Source: Paramoeba atlantica (lineage: Eukaryota > Protista > Discosea). Taken from it: 64,000 nt of DNA. Of the stretch, positions 55,253-64,000 are shown piece after piece (the first letter of the stretch is position 1; each line of letters starts with the position of its first letter). Position numbers and translations under genes: made by a program. The notes beneath the pieces were generated by a model that was given only the letters and a program-made list of their open reading frames with translations, searched no databases and had not been told where the DNA came from. Where the stretch lies: positions 124,001-188,000 of the forward strand of contig CDRNVI010000083.1 of NCBI GenBank assembly GCA_977017575.1. The letters run 5' to 3'.

Positions 55253-57349
55253 TCACATCTTCTTTCGACGCACGTCATGGACACTCGCGTCCCCCTCCAC
55301 CTTACGACTCTTCGGGGGGTGCCGCGTGGGGTATCCGAACGCACTCGCGAACCCGGCGGCCCAGGACTGGGCAGGTGGCGGGGCACTCACACTGGGAGGA
55401 GGGGAGGCCTCTGCCTTTCTCTTGCCATTGTACCCACCGCCGAGGAGATCCGTGGCCAACGGGTCGAACGCAAAGCTAGGAGGTGCCGCGGGAAACGGTC
55501 TCGGGGCGCTCGGAGTCTTTTGAGTGCTGGGCCGTCGGTATTGCGGCGCCTTACTCCCTTTCGGCACAAACAGACTCCCATGGGGGGTACGATACAACAT
55601 GGAGCTCTCGTAGATCTGCGGCATGGAGGGGAACGCGGGGCTGGCAAACCCCGCCTCCTCCTCCTCCCGACACGGGTCCAATGCGTCCATTAGCCAATGC
55701 TCGTAGTACGGCACATCCCCCGGGGAGTTGTATGGCGGGGTGGTGTTACTCAACCCCCCACCCCCTTTCGCGGGACTCTCTGCCAAATCTGGGCTGCTAT
55801 CCAAACAGAACCCATCCGTCGGGGTACTCACCCCACCCGCATCCCCCGCACACGTACGACAACTCACCGCCCCCGGGGTCCCCACGGGGTGAATCCCACG
55901 ACCCGTGCCATGACACTCCGGACACCGTGCCACCATCGGAGGGGTGTGATACGAGGTCGCGGGGAGACTACTCAAATCACGGGGTTCATCCCGTGGGGGA
56001 TCTCCACCCCCTATCGGGAACAACCCCGTGCCGCGGATACCCCTCCCCCCCCTCTCCCCCTGCTCCTCCCGCCCCCTAGCGCCTCGTTTCGCACCCCGCT
56101 GGGACAGCGCGGGGAGTCCCCCTTCCCCCTCCTCCTCATTGTGGTTCGGGGTCACGGGGGTGTCCGAGCCCTCCTGCCCGCTGCAGGAGGAGCCCTCCAT
56201 CGAGGCGTCGCTCTCGCTGAGGGGGGAGAGCGAGGCGGTGTCGTCGGTGTCGTACAGCGCGGTGTCCCCCATCGGGATCCCCCGCCCCGGGAGCTCCTCC
56301 CAGGACATGCGGAGGGACTGGGGGGAGAGGGAGCGGGAGCGCAGGAGCTCATGGTGGGTGGAGGGGCTCGAGGAAGCAGCAGCAGTAGAAGTCGAGGAGG
56401 AGACCCCGGGGGGCTGGAGCCATGGGAGACCATGACGGGTCTCCCCGACGTGGGGACGTTGGGGTCCCCAGGTCCGATCGAGCTCGGGGTGGGGGAGGGT
56501 GAGACCCTCCACGGAGGGGTGGTCGGACATGGGACTGTTCCAGACCCCTTCCATGGCGAGGGCGCGTTCGGAGTCGGAGGGGGTGGTGCTCCCGGCGCTG
56601 GCCTCGAGAGAGGTGTGGAGGTAGGCGGGGGTGTCGGGGAAGAGGCGTGGGGGGGAGGGGAGCTCGGTCTCGGTGTCGACACGACGGAGCTTGCCTTGGC
56701 GGACGAGCTGGAGGACGGGGCCGGCGCCGTGGTGGCGTTCGTTACGCTCGGGGGTGTCGTAGGTGCTTCGCTCTCGTGGGGGTGGGGGGAGGGTTCTTGG
56801 GGAGGCGGGGTGGGGGCGGTGGCTGTGCTGGGAGGGGTAGGCGGGACCCCGACCCCACTCCCCCTCCACCACCTCTGGGGTCTCCTCTCCGAGACCCGCT
56901 ACGCTGGGGTGTTCCCGCAGAGGGCTGTTCCAGACGTCGTTCAGTGCGCGGGCTCGTTCGGCTGCTGCGGGGTCGGAGGTGTCATAGCGTACCGGACGTA
57001 CGGGGAAAGCACGGGGCGGGGAGGGCTGGTGGGGGTGGGGGGGACGTGGCACCGGGACGTCGGTGAGCGGGGAGGGGGTGTCGGTGTCTTCCCGGGGGTT
57101 ACCCACCCGCGGGTCATGCTCCAGCACGTCGTCCTCGTCATCCAGGGCGTGCGAGGGATCGAACCGGGTGGGGGGAGTCCATCGGGTGGGGGAGGGGACG
57201 TCATATCCCCCAAGGACGTGGAGCAAAGTGAGTAGAAAAACACCGAGGAGTGTCGGAGACGAGAAAGACGAGCGCGCGGGACGACGTAGGAGTAATGTGA
57301 CATGCTGACTCACGCAGTAGGGGGGAAGAACATCCTTCATGTGCGCCAC
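55253..57349 (-). CDS. Pro/Ser-rich disordered hypothetical protein
   Basis: 698-aa open frame. Hydrophobic segment near the N-terminus; CPECHGTG...CRTCAGDAG pair. Confidence 0.65.
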   Translation of the reverse strand: MAHMKDVLPPYCVSQHVTLLLRRPARSSFSSPTLLGVFLLTLLHVLGGYDVPSPTRWTPPTRFDPSHALDDEDDVLEHDPRVGNPREDTDTPSPLTDVPVPRPPHPHQPSPPRAFPVRPVRYDTSDPAAAERARALNDVWNSPLREHPSVAGLGEETPEVVEGEWGRGPAYPSQHSHRPHPASPRTLPPPPRERSTYDTPERNERHHGAGPVLQLVRQGKLRRVDTETELPSPPRLFPDTPAYLHTSLEASAGSTTPSDSERALAMEGVWNSPMSDHPSVEGLTLPHPELDRTWGPQRPHVGETRHGLPWLQPPGVSSSTSTAAASSSPSTHHELLRSRSLSPQSLRMSWEELPGRGIPMGDTALYDTDDTASLSPLSESDASMEGSSCSGQEGSDTPVTPNHNEEEGEGGLPALSQRGAKRGARGREEQGERGGRGIRGTGLFPIGGGDPPRDEPRDLSSLPATSYHTPPMVARCPECHGTGRGIHPVGTPGAVSCRTCAGDAGGVSTPTDGFCLDSSPDLAESPAKGGGGLSNTTPPYNSPGDVPYYEHWLMDALDPCREEEEAGFASPAFPSMPQIYESSMLYRTPHGSLFVPKGSKAPQYRRPSTQKTPSAPRPFPAAPPSFAFDPLATDLLGGGYNGKRKAEASPPPSVSAPPPAQSWAAGFASAFGYPTRHPPKSRKVEGDASVHDVRRKKM

Positions 57350-57814
57350 AAGAGAAGTACGAGAGAGTGGTGAGGGTGGGTGTGGGAAAGATGTTGCCGA
57401 AGAAATTTTCCTGTATGCCGTGGTTCTGGTTTCACGACCGATGGCTTGCGCTTAGTAGAAAATAACAAGAAAAATGTTTCTAAAAAAGGAAAAAATAATT
57501 CGTGATTCAAGGTTGATAGAGAACGCTCACATGAAGTCATATATGCCTAGACATGTATGATCCACCCCTATGGCTTCCTCAAAGAAAAGCAACTAAGAAA
57601 GCGCCCCGAGGCGATGCAAGATAAATTATCAGAATTAGATATGAAAATTTGGTTAAGAGTACAAAAATAAGCAAGAAAAAGATTGTGCAAGAGACTAAAA
57701 GAACATTACAACCGAAGAAAACTAAAAACGAGTTGATGCAAGGAGTGTGATCGCCGAAAACTCCGATAATAAATCAAATTTTGTATGTACTGCCCATGCT
57801 AATCAGAAGTTCTT

Positions 57815-59287
57815 TTAAAAGTGAACTGCGCTACGAGCCGCTTTGAAAAATGTTTGAAAAGAATAAGAAGACAGGTGCAATTTTCCTTCTGTCACGACCG
57901 CCGCATCGTAGATTACGTCGAAAACAGACCGATTAAAAGTGCAACTCAGATCAGCTCGCTTATGCCATTTATGCAACATCCATGTTGAAACATATGGTAA
58001 TATCATTGGAATTTTGAATGCTTCAATTACTTCTTCACCGACGACTGATGCGTCTACTTGTACGTTTGTTTCCAGGAAATCAAGAGCTCTGTTTTTCCCA
58101 ATGAAGGGACAACGTTCAAGCAACAGATAATCTTTTAGACGATTCGACGGAATATTAAATCCTTCCTCCAGATCCGACGTCCGAAAAAGAGAGCGATGAA
58201 TTGGATCATATAGTACTACAGAAACGTTCAATGAGGGATAGTCCTCGTTGCTGTAAGAGGTGAGCCATGCCATAACTCTTTGAGAGAAAGAGGCAAGCAC
58301 AACGTGAACCTTCATATTCTGAACTGCGCACTGCATTGCTGAGTAAAGCACGTCTTTCCGATTTCTACAATCCTTCATTTCTTTGACTCCAATTGTGTGA
58401 AAACCAAAAACGAAAGCGATCTTTTCAACCAGATGATAACACTCTTGATAAATATCATGTATTTTACCTCTATCATTCCACAGATTTGTTCCTTTTGAGA
58501 AATTCTCCGCGCTTTCCTTCGAACTAAGATCTGAAACGTTGCACGTGTGCTTCGGACGGTTCTGCGTTGCCCATGGCCCTTCGTTGAACACACCTTCGAG
58601 TGAGCCCATGACAATGTACACACGACGCATATGCAGCTGTATAGCGTATGATCGCAATATTTCAAGACATAAGTAAGTGAATCGACAAACAAATGATTCA
58701 GCAGGGTGCTTTCGAAGCATGACAACGTGAATCGAGGCATAAAACCAACGTTTCATTATACTCGGATAATCTATGAGTAAGATGGTACCCAACTCGTTTT
58801 TCATCAATTTTGCAGGGTCTGCTCCTAAAGGAGAAACTTTTGTATCATTTACATTCCACGAGAAAGCGTTGTTAGCAAGATTGGTCTTGCGCAACTCGTG
58901 TTCGACGGAAGAAGGAAATTGCTGAAGGAAGGACTGTATGTTTAGTGGAACATAAATGGGAGGCGACGCTTGGAAATGTAACACGTGGGGCGTAGGTGGC
59001 ATTGGGTTTTCTTTTTGAGAATCTCGATTTTTGAGATTTGCTGTTGGTTCAGTAAAAGAACTGGATTTATCCGAAGTATGTTTTGCCCTTCGTGAGTCTC
59101 GACGCAATACTTTTCGAATTGAACGATGCAATATCGTCCGAGCAACTTTTTGACGCACATGGAGTTCGTTGTGCTGAGAACCATCAACGTTCTGTTCCAC
59201 GCGCGTCTTTGATATCGAATCCACGTATTCCCCACAAAGTGAAGTAGAAAAGCCTCCCGATCTTCCTAATACACAGCGAAAATACAT
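57815..59287 (-). CDS. Degenerate PolI-type 5'-3' exonuclease (PIN/H3TH)-like protein
   Basis: ILLIDYPSIMKRWFY PIN-like start and late F.IPSNRLKDYLLL...IGKNRA H3TH-like segment. Most acidic catalytic motifs are missing. Confidence 0.55.
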   Translation of the reverse strand: MYFRCVLGRSGGFSTSLCGEYVDSISKTRVEQNVDGSQHNELHVRQKVARTILHRSIRKVLRRDSRRAKHTSDKSSSFTEPTANLKNRDSQKENPMPPTPHVLHFQASPPIYVPLNIQSFLQQFPSSVEHELRKTNLANNAFSWNVNDTKVSPLGADPAKLMKNELGTILLIDYPSIMKRWFYASIHVVMLRKHPAESFVCRFTYLCLEILRSYAIQLHMRRVYIVMGSLEGVFNEGPWATQNRPKHTCNVSDLSSKESAENFSKGTNLWNDRGKIHDIYQECYHLVEKIAFVFGFHTIGVKEMKDCRNRKDVLYSAMQCAVQNMKVHVVLASFSQRVMAWLTSYSNEDYPSLNVSVVLYDPIHRSLFRTSDLEEGFNIPSNRLKDYLLLERCPFIGKNRALDFLETNVQVDASVVGEEVIEAFKIPMILPYVSTWMLHKWHKRADLSCTFNRSVFDVIYDAAVVTEGKLHLSSYSFQTFFKAARSAVHF

Positions 59288-59817
59288 TGTACGTAAAAGC
59301 TACAGCAACGACTAATTACGTAATAGGTTCGGGTCTCACGAAATTTTACCTTTATCTTACGGGATAAACCTACCTAGATAATTTTCCTGTTTTCAAAAGT
59401 ATACAAGCAAAGGACTCTTTCAAAATATACAGTATCTCTCTCTTAAAAACAAAATTTTCGTTTCAGAGGACATGTACGCACAACAAAAAAATGAAAACAT
59501 GAATGAGAGAAGTATAAGATAAAAGACAGAAGCAACAAAAAGCAGGCACACCTTACTCAAAAGGAAAACAGAGGAAAGCAAAATCACAAGCTTTGATTGT
59601 AACGAATAAAATTGCATGGAGAAAGTTAGTCACACTCGAAATTTTACAATATCAAATTAATCTGTGTAAAATTTTTAGACTCATACCACGAACTATTGCA
59701 ACTAATGCAATTGATAGGCAAGAAAATAAAGTGAAAAGCAAGCAAACAAAAAATTATACTCATCAGCAAGTGTTACATCTCCATCAGTGCGCACATACGG
59801 TAAAAGCAAGCCAGTTT

Positions 59818-60231
59818 TCAAAAAATGGTGCGCTTCTCTTGTTCTGCATAGCGACGGTTACAAACTTGCATAAGTTTGTTTAAAGAGGAAATACGCTTCT
59901 TTTCTTCATTGTATGTTTTCATCATGGTCTGATGACGAAACCTTGCTTGAAGGGTATCTCGAAGCGTTACGTTGTGCGGTTTAGTCATATCTAGACCTGT
60001 CTTAGAAGAACGGTTATCGAGACCTTTTGGATACTTGTGAAGAAAAAGAGCAGAAATTGCATTAATCAAAGCTTTGCGCTCGGCATGATTTGATCTATGC
60101 GGGGTAGCGAAGTATAATTTCACAGCCTGTTGTGCGGCTTTTTGGAGAGATTTGAAAGGAACAATCATGCTGCTTTGTGAACTATATACTAGTAAATAAT
60201 CTACGTGAGTAGGTAAGAATATGAGAGGCAT
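59818..60231 (-). CDS. Small basic hypothetical protein
   Basis: Open frame on the host-gene strand within AT-rich surroundings. Start may be MIVPF. Confidence 0.45.
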   Translation of the reverse strand: MPLIFLPTHVDYLLVYSSQSSMIVPFKSLQKAAQQAVKLYFATPHRSNHAERKALINAISALFLHKYPKGLDNRSSKTGLDMTKPHNVTLRDTLQARFRHQTMMKTYNEEKKRISSLNKLMQVCNRRYAEQEKRTIF

Positions 60232-60552
60232 ACCTCGTATTATAATCCGTTCGTAAACATTTCGCCATGTTTTTTAGAAATAGCTGTCATACCTTGTACA
60301 AACCATTAGAATAAAATCTGGTTGTATCTAAAACCTTGCCACTCATTATTGCAGATATTATTTGTAGATAACTAAAAAATAACATTGGGAGGGGGGGAAA
60401 ACATTAGACGTCTAAACAAGAAAACTGCGAATCGAATGATGTTTCAAATGTGACAGAAAAAAGGAATTGTTTCCACACGAAAAAAAATATTTCAAAAAAT
60501 TCATAACCATCTTCTCCTACTTTGAGCCTTTCAGCTTTCACACCACCGTTTC

Positions 60553-61662
60553 TCACTTCGCAGAGGTTTTCTTGTCTCGCTTTGCCTTCACCTCATGTCG
60601 TCGTCGCTGGTGACGCCCCAACTTGCTCTTTCGCAGCGCACGCTCTGCGACCATGCGGTTATGTTGGCGAACACCGGCATAGGGACTCAACGCCTTCAGA
60701 CTCTTCTTGGGCGCCACCTTCTTCTTTGCCGCCTTCACCTCTTCCTTCTTCGGCTTCAGTACCTCACGAATCTTCACGTTCTCCATCACCCGCTGGATAT
60801 CCCGCTCCGTCACCAACGGCATCGGAAGCTTCCACCCCTTCTTCACCTCACTCTCCGTCTCCCGGGTACCGTAAATCGCATTCAGCCGCGCAAACGCACT
60901 CTGTGTCCAAATCACAAACCGCCCCAAATGCCCCCCTGGCGCCAGCTGCAACAAATTCAAACTCTCCACATTCGCCACCTCCACCCCTCGAATATTCCCA
61001 AACCCCCTACACCCCCCCGCGTTCGCATGCGTCACCAGCAGCGGCCCCCGTCGCGCCACATACCGCCGGTTTCGCCACTTCCCCTTCGTCGGCCGCACGT
61101 GCCGCGACGCCTCCACCTTCTCCACATCGGGGTACGCCCCCACGGCCCTGAGGAACCCCACCGCGTCCCGCGTCCTCCCCAGCCCCCCCACCGCGTCGGA
61201 GACCACCAGCGGGAGCTCCGGGACCCCCTCGACGCGGTGCCCCCGGGAGAGGACCAGCGCGGGGACGGCGGTGGCGGCGAGGGCGCTGCACACCGCGAGC
61301 CGGCGCTGGGCCCGGTTGACGTGGCGGTGCCACCGGCGGAGGGTCTTGGTCGCGGCGAACATGTGGCCCCCGCGGCACATGTTGCCGTGGGCGCCCTGGC
61401 CGCTGCGGTTGGTGCCGCCGCCCCCGGCGCGGGGGATGCGGGCGACGGCGCGGCCGGTGCCCCAGGAGGCGGCGGTGGTGCGGTGGCCCTGGCGCCGGGT
61501 GACGCCGTAGGCCTGGCGGCGGTTCTTCGCGACGTTCGTGTGGACGAAGCGGATGAGGTCGTCGCGGAGGGGGGTGGAAAGGACGGCGGGGGTGGGGGCG
61601 GCGGCGAGGATGGTGGGGGGCGTGGTGGTGTCGAAGACGTGGACGGTGGGGCGGGTGGTCAT
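60553..61662 (-). CDS. RPL4: 60S ribosomal protein L4 (uL4)
   Basis: SWGTGRAVARIPR, GNMCRGGHMFA, RRWHR, RRYVARRGPL and LNLLQLAPGGHLGRFVIWT. Start set at MTTRPTV. Confidence 0.97.
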   Translation of the reverse strand: MTTRPTVHVFDTTTPPTILAAAPTPAVLSTPLRDDLIRFVHTNVAKNRRQAYGVTRRQGHRTTAASWGTGRAVARIPRAGGGGTNRSGQGAHGNMCRGGHMFAATKTLRRWHRHVNRAQRRLAVCSALAATAVPALVLSRGHRVEGVPELPLVVSDAVGGLGRTRDAVGFLRAVGAYPDVEKVEASRHVRPTKGKWRNRRYVARRGPLLVTHANAGGCRGFGNIRGVEVANVESLNLLQLAPGGHLGRFVIWTQSAFARLNAIYGTRETESEVKKGWKLPMPLVTERDIQRVMENVKIREVLKPKKEEVKAAKKKVAPKKSLKALSPYAGVRQHNRMVAERALRKSKLGRHQRRRHEVKAKRDKKTSAK

Positions 61663-61805
61663 GGAAGGGGAGAGAGAGAGAGAGAGAGAGAAAGAGAAAG
61701 AGGTGGAGGAAAGAGAGGAAGGGTGGAGGGAGAGGAGAGGAAGGTGGGGTAGGGGTAGGGGGGTGGGGGTGAAGGAGGGGGGTGGGAAGAAGGGGGGTAA
61801 AGGAA
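61663..61805 (-). promoter_or_regulatory. About 140-nt polypyrimidine tract upstream of RPL4
   Basis: Nearly pure C/T (with a few A) on the minus strand, including (CT)n. Putative trans-splicing signal. Confidence 0.6.
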
Positions 61806-62163
61806 ATGAAAGAAGTGTGAAATTAGGGTTTTGAGAAAATTCTGTGGATGAGGTTTTAGGGTTCAAGCAGAAGAATAAAACGTTACTTTATATGATTTTA
61901 TGAACCTCCACACAATAAAGAATGAATCAAGAGTGAAGATTACCTAAAACAGGTTTGATGGCATAAATCCATTTTATTTGGATCAGATCTGTCGACTTAG
62001 AATGATAAGAAGCCGAACATAAATCACGTATCTGGTGCAATTCACGGAGAATGGTGCGTATGATATGGTTTCAAGAATCGAGGCGTGGATAAAACGATTT
62101 GTATGACATCCCTTGATGAGAGGACATCCACGGTCCTAGTTTGCGTTACTTGATTTCTTGCTT

Positions 62164-63381
62164 TCATAGAGTTTTTGGGATATTCTTTTCCAAGGACTTC
62201 TTTTTACGAAGATCTTTCGTACGATTTTGAGCGCCGTGAGTGCGCCTCGTTGCCCCTCGTACTGTCCGAAGTAAATGACAATAACGGACCAAATCGACAT
62301 CGGTGAGCTTTTTCACCTTTCGAAGCACAGCGGGGCTCACACACGGATAGGTAAGGTGCCGGAAAATGGAGTCCTGTTTGCCACGCGCTCCATGTTGCAT
62401 AAGAATTCGTAAGAAGTTCTTTTCGTCAATGGTTTTTGACTTCCTTGCCTTTCGCACAAAATCGGGAACAGGGCAGAATCTCTCGTTTTTGAATAGCGGA
62501 AATTCCTCATGTAGAGTGGAAAGAAGAACGTTATCACGGAATCGCTTATCCATGACATAACGCTCAGGCGACCCGGAACGTACTTCCTTGCTGCATCTCG
62601 GGAGATTGTCCGTTGGATCTCCTTTGAGCGCTTGACATTCGTTCAATCGATCCACCGGCCAGTTGAATGCACGTTCCACCTCGGAACGATTTACAAACCA
62701 CTCGCGATCTCCAGGGCGATAGAGCGCCGTGTTTCGACTTGTAGGAAACAGAGCAAAAACTTGGAATAGATCCTTATCAGTGGAGAACACGGTGGCGTGT
62801 ACTTTTGGACCCAGTCGAGAACGTACCGTATAGATCACATCATCCCCCTCTGCCTGTTTTTTGCCATTCTCAGGGAAAACATTTATCTTCAACGCTTGAC
62901 ACATTTCACGAGCCAGCGCTTGTGCTTGCTGGATGAGCCTTTTATGTTTCTTGCTGCGGGGCTTCTTTTCAAACTTGTATTTTTTGTGAATACCCAAGCG
63001 CCATGGAGCAGGACCCACCTGGTCTAAAGTCACCACCACTTTGTTTAATTTTGCCGATTCCCTATTCCCTGCGGTAAGTTTTTTGGTCACGCACTGTTCG
63101 TGGGGAGGATGTAGTGTGCTCGATTTAAGAAGGAGGATACCAAAGAGAGAAAGTGCGTTGCGTAAATCGCCTGTAGCATACACGTAGCGATGAAGTAGAT
63201 TACTGCCATCTATAATCACAACCCGCTTTTCCGGAATCTTTTTGGGTGTTAGACTAGGTACATCTTTTCGGGGTACACGAATGTGTTGACCAACCCACCT
63301 GGGCGCTGATGTGAAAAGACCACCCTTTGGCTTCAACGAGGGTAAAACCGTGATGTGAGGAAGAAAGGATCGGTTAAGCAT
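62164..63381 (-). CDS. PolI-type 5'-3' exonuclease / flap endonuclease (SSE1-like), probably mitochondrial
   Basis: VIIDGSNLLHR, VTLD, WR...KKYK, EGDDVI, STDKDLFQ and ALKGDPTDN. Basic presequence-like N-terminus. Confidence 0.85.
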   Translation of the reverse strand: MLNRSFLPHITVLPSLKPKGGLFTSAPRWVGQHIRVPRKDVPSLTPKKIPEKRVVIIDGSNLLHRYVYATGDLRNALSLFGILLLKSSTLHPPHEQCVTKKLTAGNRESAKLNKVVVTLDQVGPAPWRLGIHKKYKFEKKPRSKKHKRLIQQAQALAREMCQALKINVFPENGKKQAEGDDVIYTVRSRLGPKVHATVFSTDKDLFQVFALFPTSRNTALYRPGDREWFVNRSEVERAFNWPVDRLNECQALKGDPTDNLPRCSKEVRSGSPERYVMDKRFRDNVLLSTLHEEFPLFKNERFCPVPDFVRKARKSKTIDEKNFLRILMQHGARGKQDSIFRHLTYPCVSPAVLRKVKKLTDVDLVRYCHLLRTVRGATRRTHGAQNRTKDLRKKKSLEKNIPKTL

Positions 63382-63687
63382 AAAAATATTTTTCCGTATT
63401 TATGGTAATTTGTGTAAAAAGGTTTTCTATTTTTTGTGTTTCTACGCCCCCTAATTTTTCTAAGTGAGCATAAATAAGTACAACATAAATGTAAATTTAG
63501 ACTTACATGTAATTATTGTGTAGTCGCCGTGCACGAGTGTGATATGCATTCTGCAGTCAAAATATTTGCATTGTGTTTGTTCACACGCATTCGTTGCTTT
63601 TCCTTATCCACAAACAATGATGTATCAATGAGCAATGAGAGCCCCACCTTATGTCACATAAGGTGGAGTGTCTTGTGACATAAATAT

Positions 63688-64000
63688 TCATCCTCCGTGC
63701 AGCGTGGAAATAAATGTTACTTTTCCTACACCTTGAGAGATTTCGGCATCCAACCCGCCTACAATTTCCCAATCTACATCGTCAAGAAGTACAAGAATGC
63801 CGGGACGAACAGTGTAAGGGTACGAGTGAACTTTGCTCGTTGTCTTCGAATCCTCAACGTGAGGAACTGCAAACAAATCTCTCTTGGCTTCAAGCCGCTC
63901 TTGTGTAAGCCATGCGATCAGATGACCTACGGTGATTTTTTGAACCGGTTCTTGCAGATTCATTTGTTTTGAAGACACGCAAGAATCAGGTAATAACTGC
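63688..64000 (-). CDS. URM1: Ubiquitin-related modifier 1; 5' end lies beyond the window
   Basis: VRPGILVLLDDVDWEI and VTFISTLHGG-stop. The frame stays open to the window edge. Confidence 0.92.
   Translation of the reverse strand, partial: QLLPDSCVSSKQMNLQEPVQKITVGHLIAWLTQERLEAKRDLFAVPHVEDSKTTSKVHSYPYTVRPGILVLLDDVDWEIVGGLDAEISQGVGKVTFISTLHGG

Noticed and set aside
55697-57235. 512-aa plus-strand ORF
   Set aside because: Antisense shadow of the GC-rich 55253..57349 gene; low-complexity Gly/Val translation with no motif.
60595-61752. 385-aa plus-strand ORF and the 68-aa N-terminal extension of RPL4
   Set aside because: Antisense shadow of RPL4. The extension is the translated polypyrimidine tract.
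1-64000. Spliced-leader RNA gene, rRNA, standard tRNAs, introns or an alternative genetic code
   Set aside because: No AACTAACGCT-type SL exon or rRNA/tRNA consensus was seen. Conserved genes read through in the standard code without interruption.

Overview
Eukaryotic, intron-less DNA that is most likely from a kinetoplastid/euglenozoan protist. This is inferred from three things: all host genes lie on the minus strand like a polycistronic unit, polypyrimidine tracts precede start codons, and a gag-YR-RT (VIPER-order) element is present. Host genes occupy the ends of the window (about 1-8 kb and 45-64 kb): LRR protein, DNA polymerase kappa, PPEF phosphatase, COA5/PET191, CID/zinc-finger RNA-binding protein, two PolI-type 5'-3' exonuclease-like proteins, RPL4, URM1 and several hypotheticals. 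The middle (about 8-45 kb) is a dense nest of mobile DNA: a tyrosine-recombinase retroelement, Tc1/mariner, pogo-like (carrying a Ulp1-type protease), hAT, PIF/Harbinger-like and Merlin remnants, and many TA-flanked MITEs. Main unexplained signals: (1) a 315-nt structured repeat with a tRNA-like 5'/3' fold ending exactly at CCA, in two unrelated contexts; (2) a 109-bp palindrome family, one copy of which has its spacer inverted, with two flank-sharing copies bracketing the YR retroelement; (3) intragenic GC islands in which synonymous codons flip from C-ending to G-ending mid-gene; (4) a GAA-triloop hairpin shared by unrelated MITE families. All calls come from reading the sequence by eye; no database searches were run.
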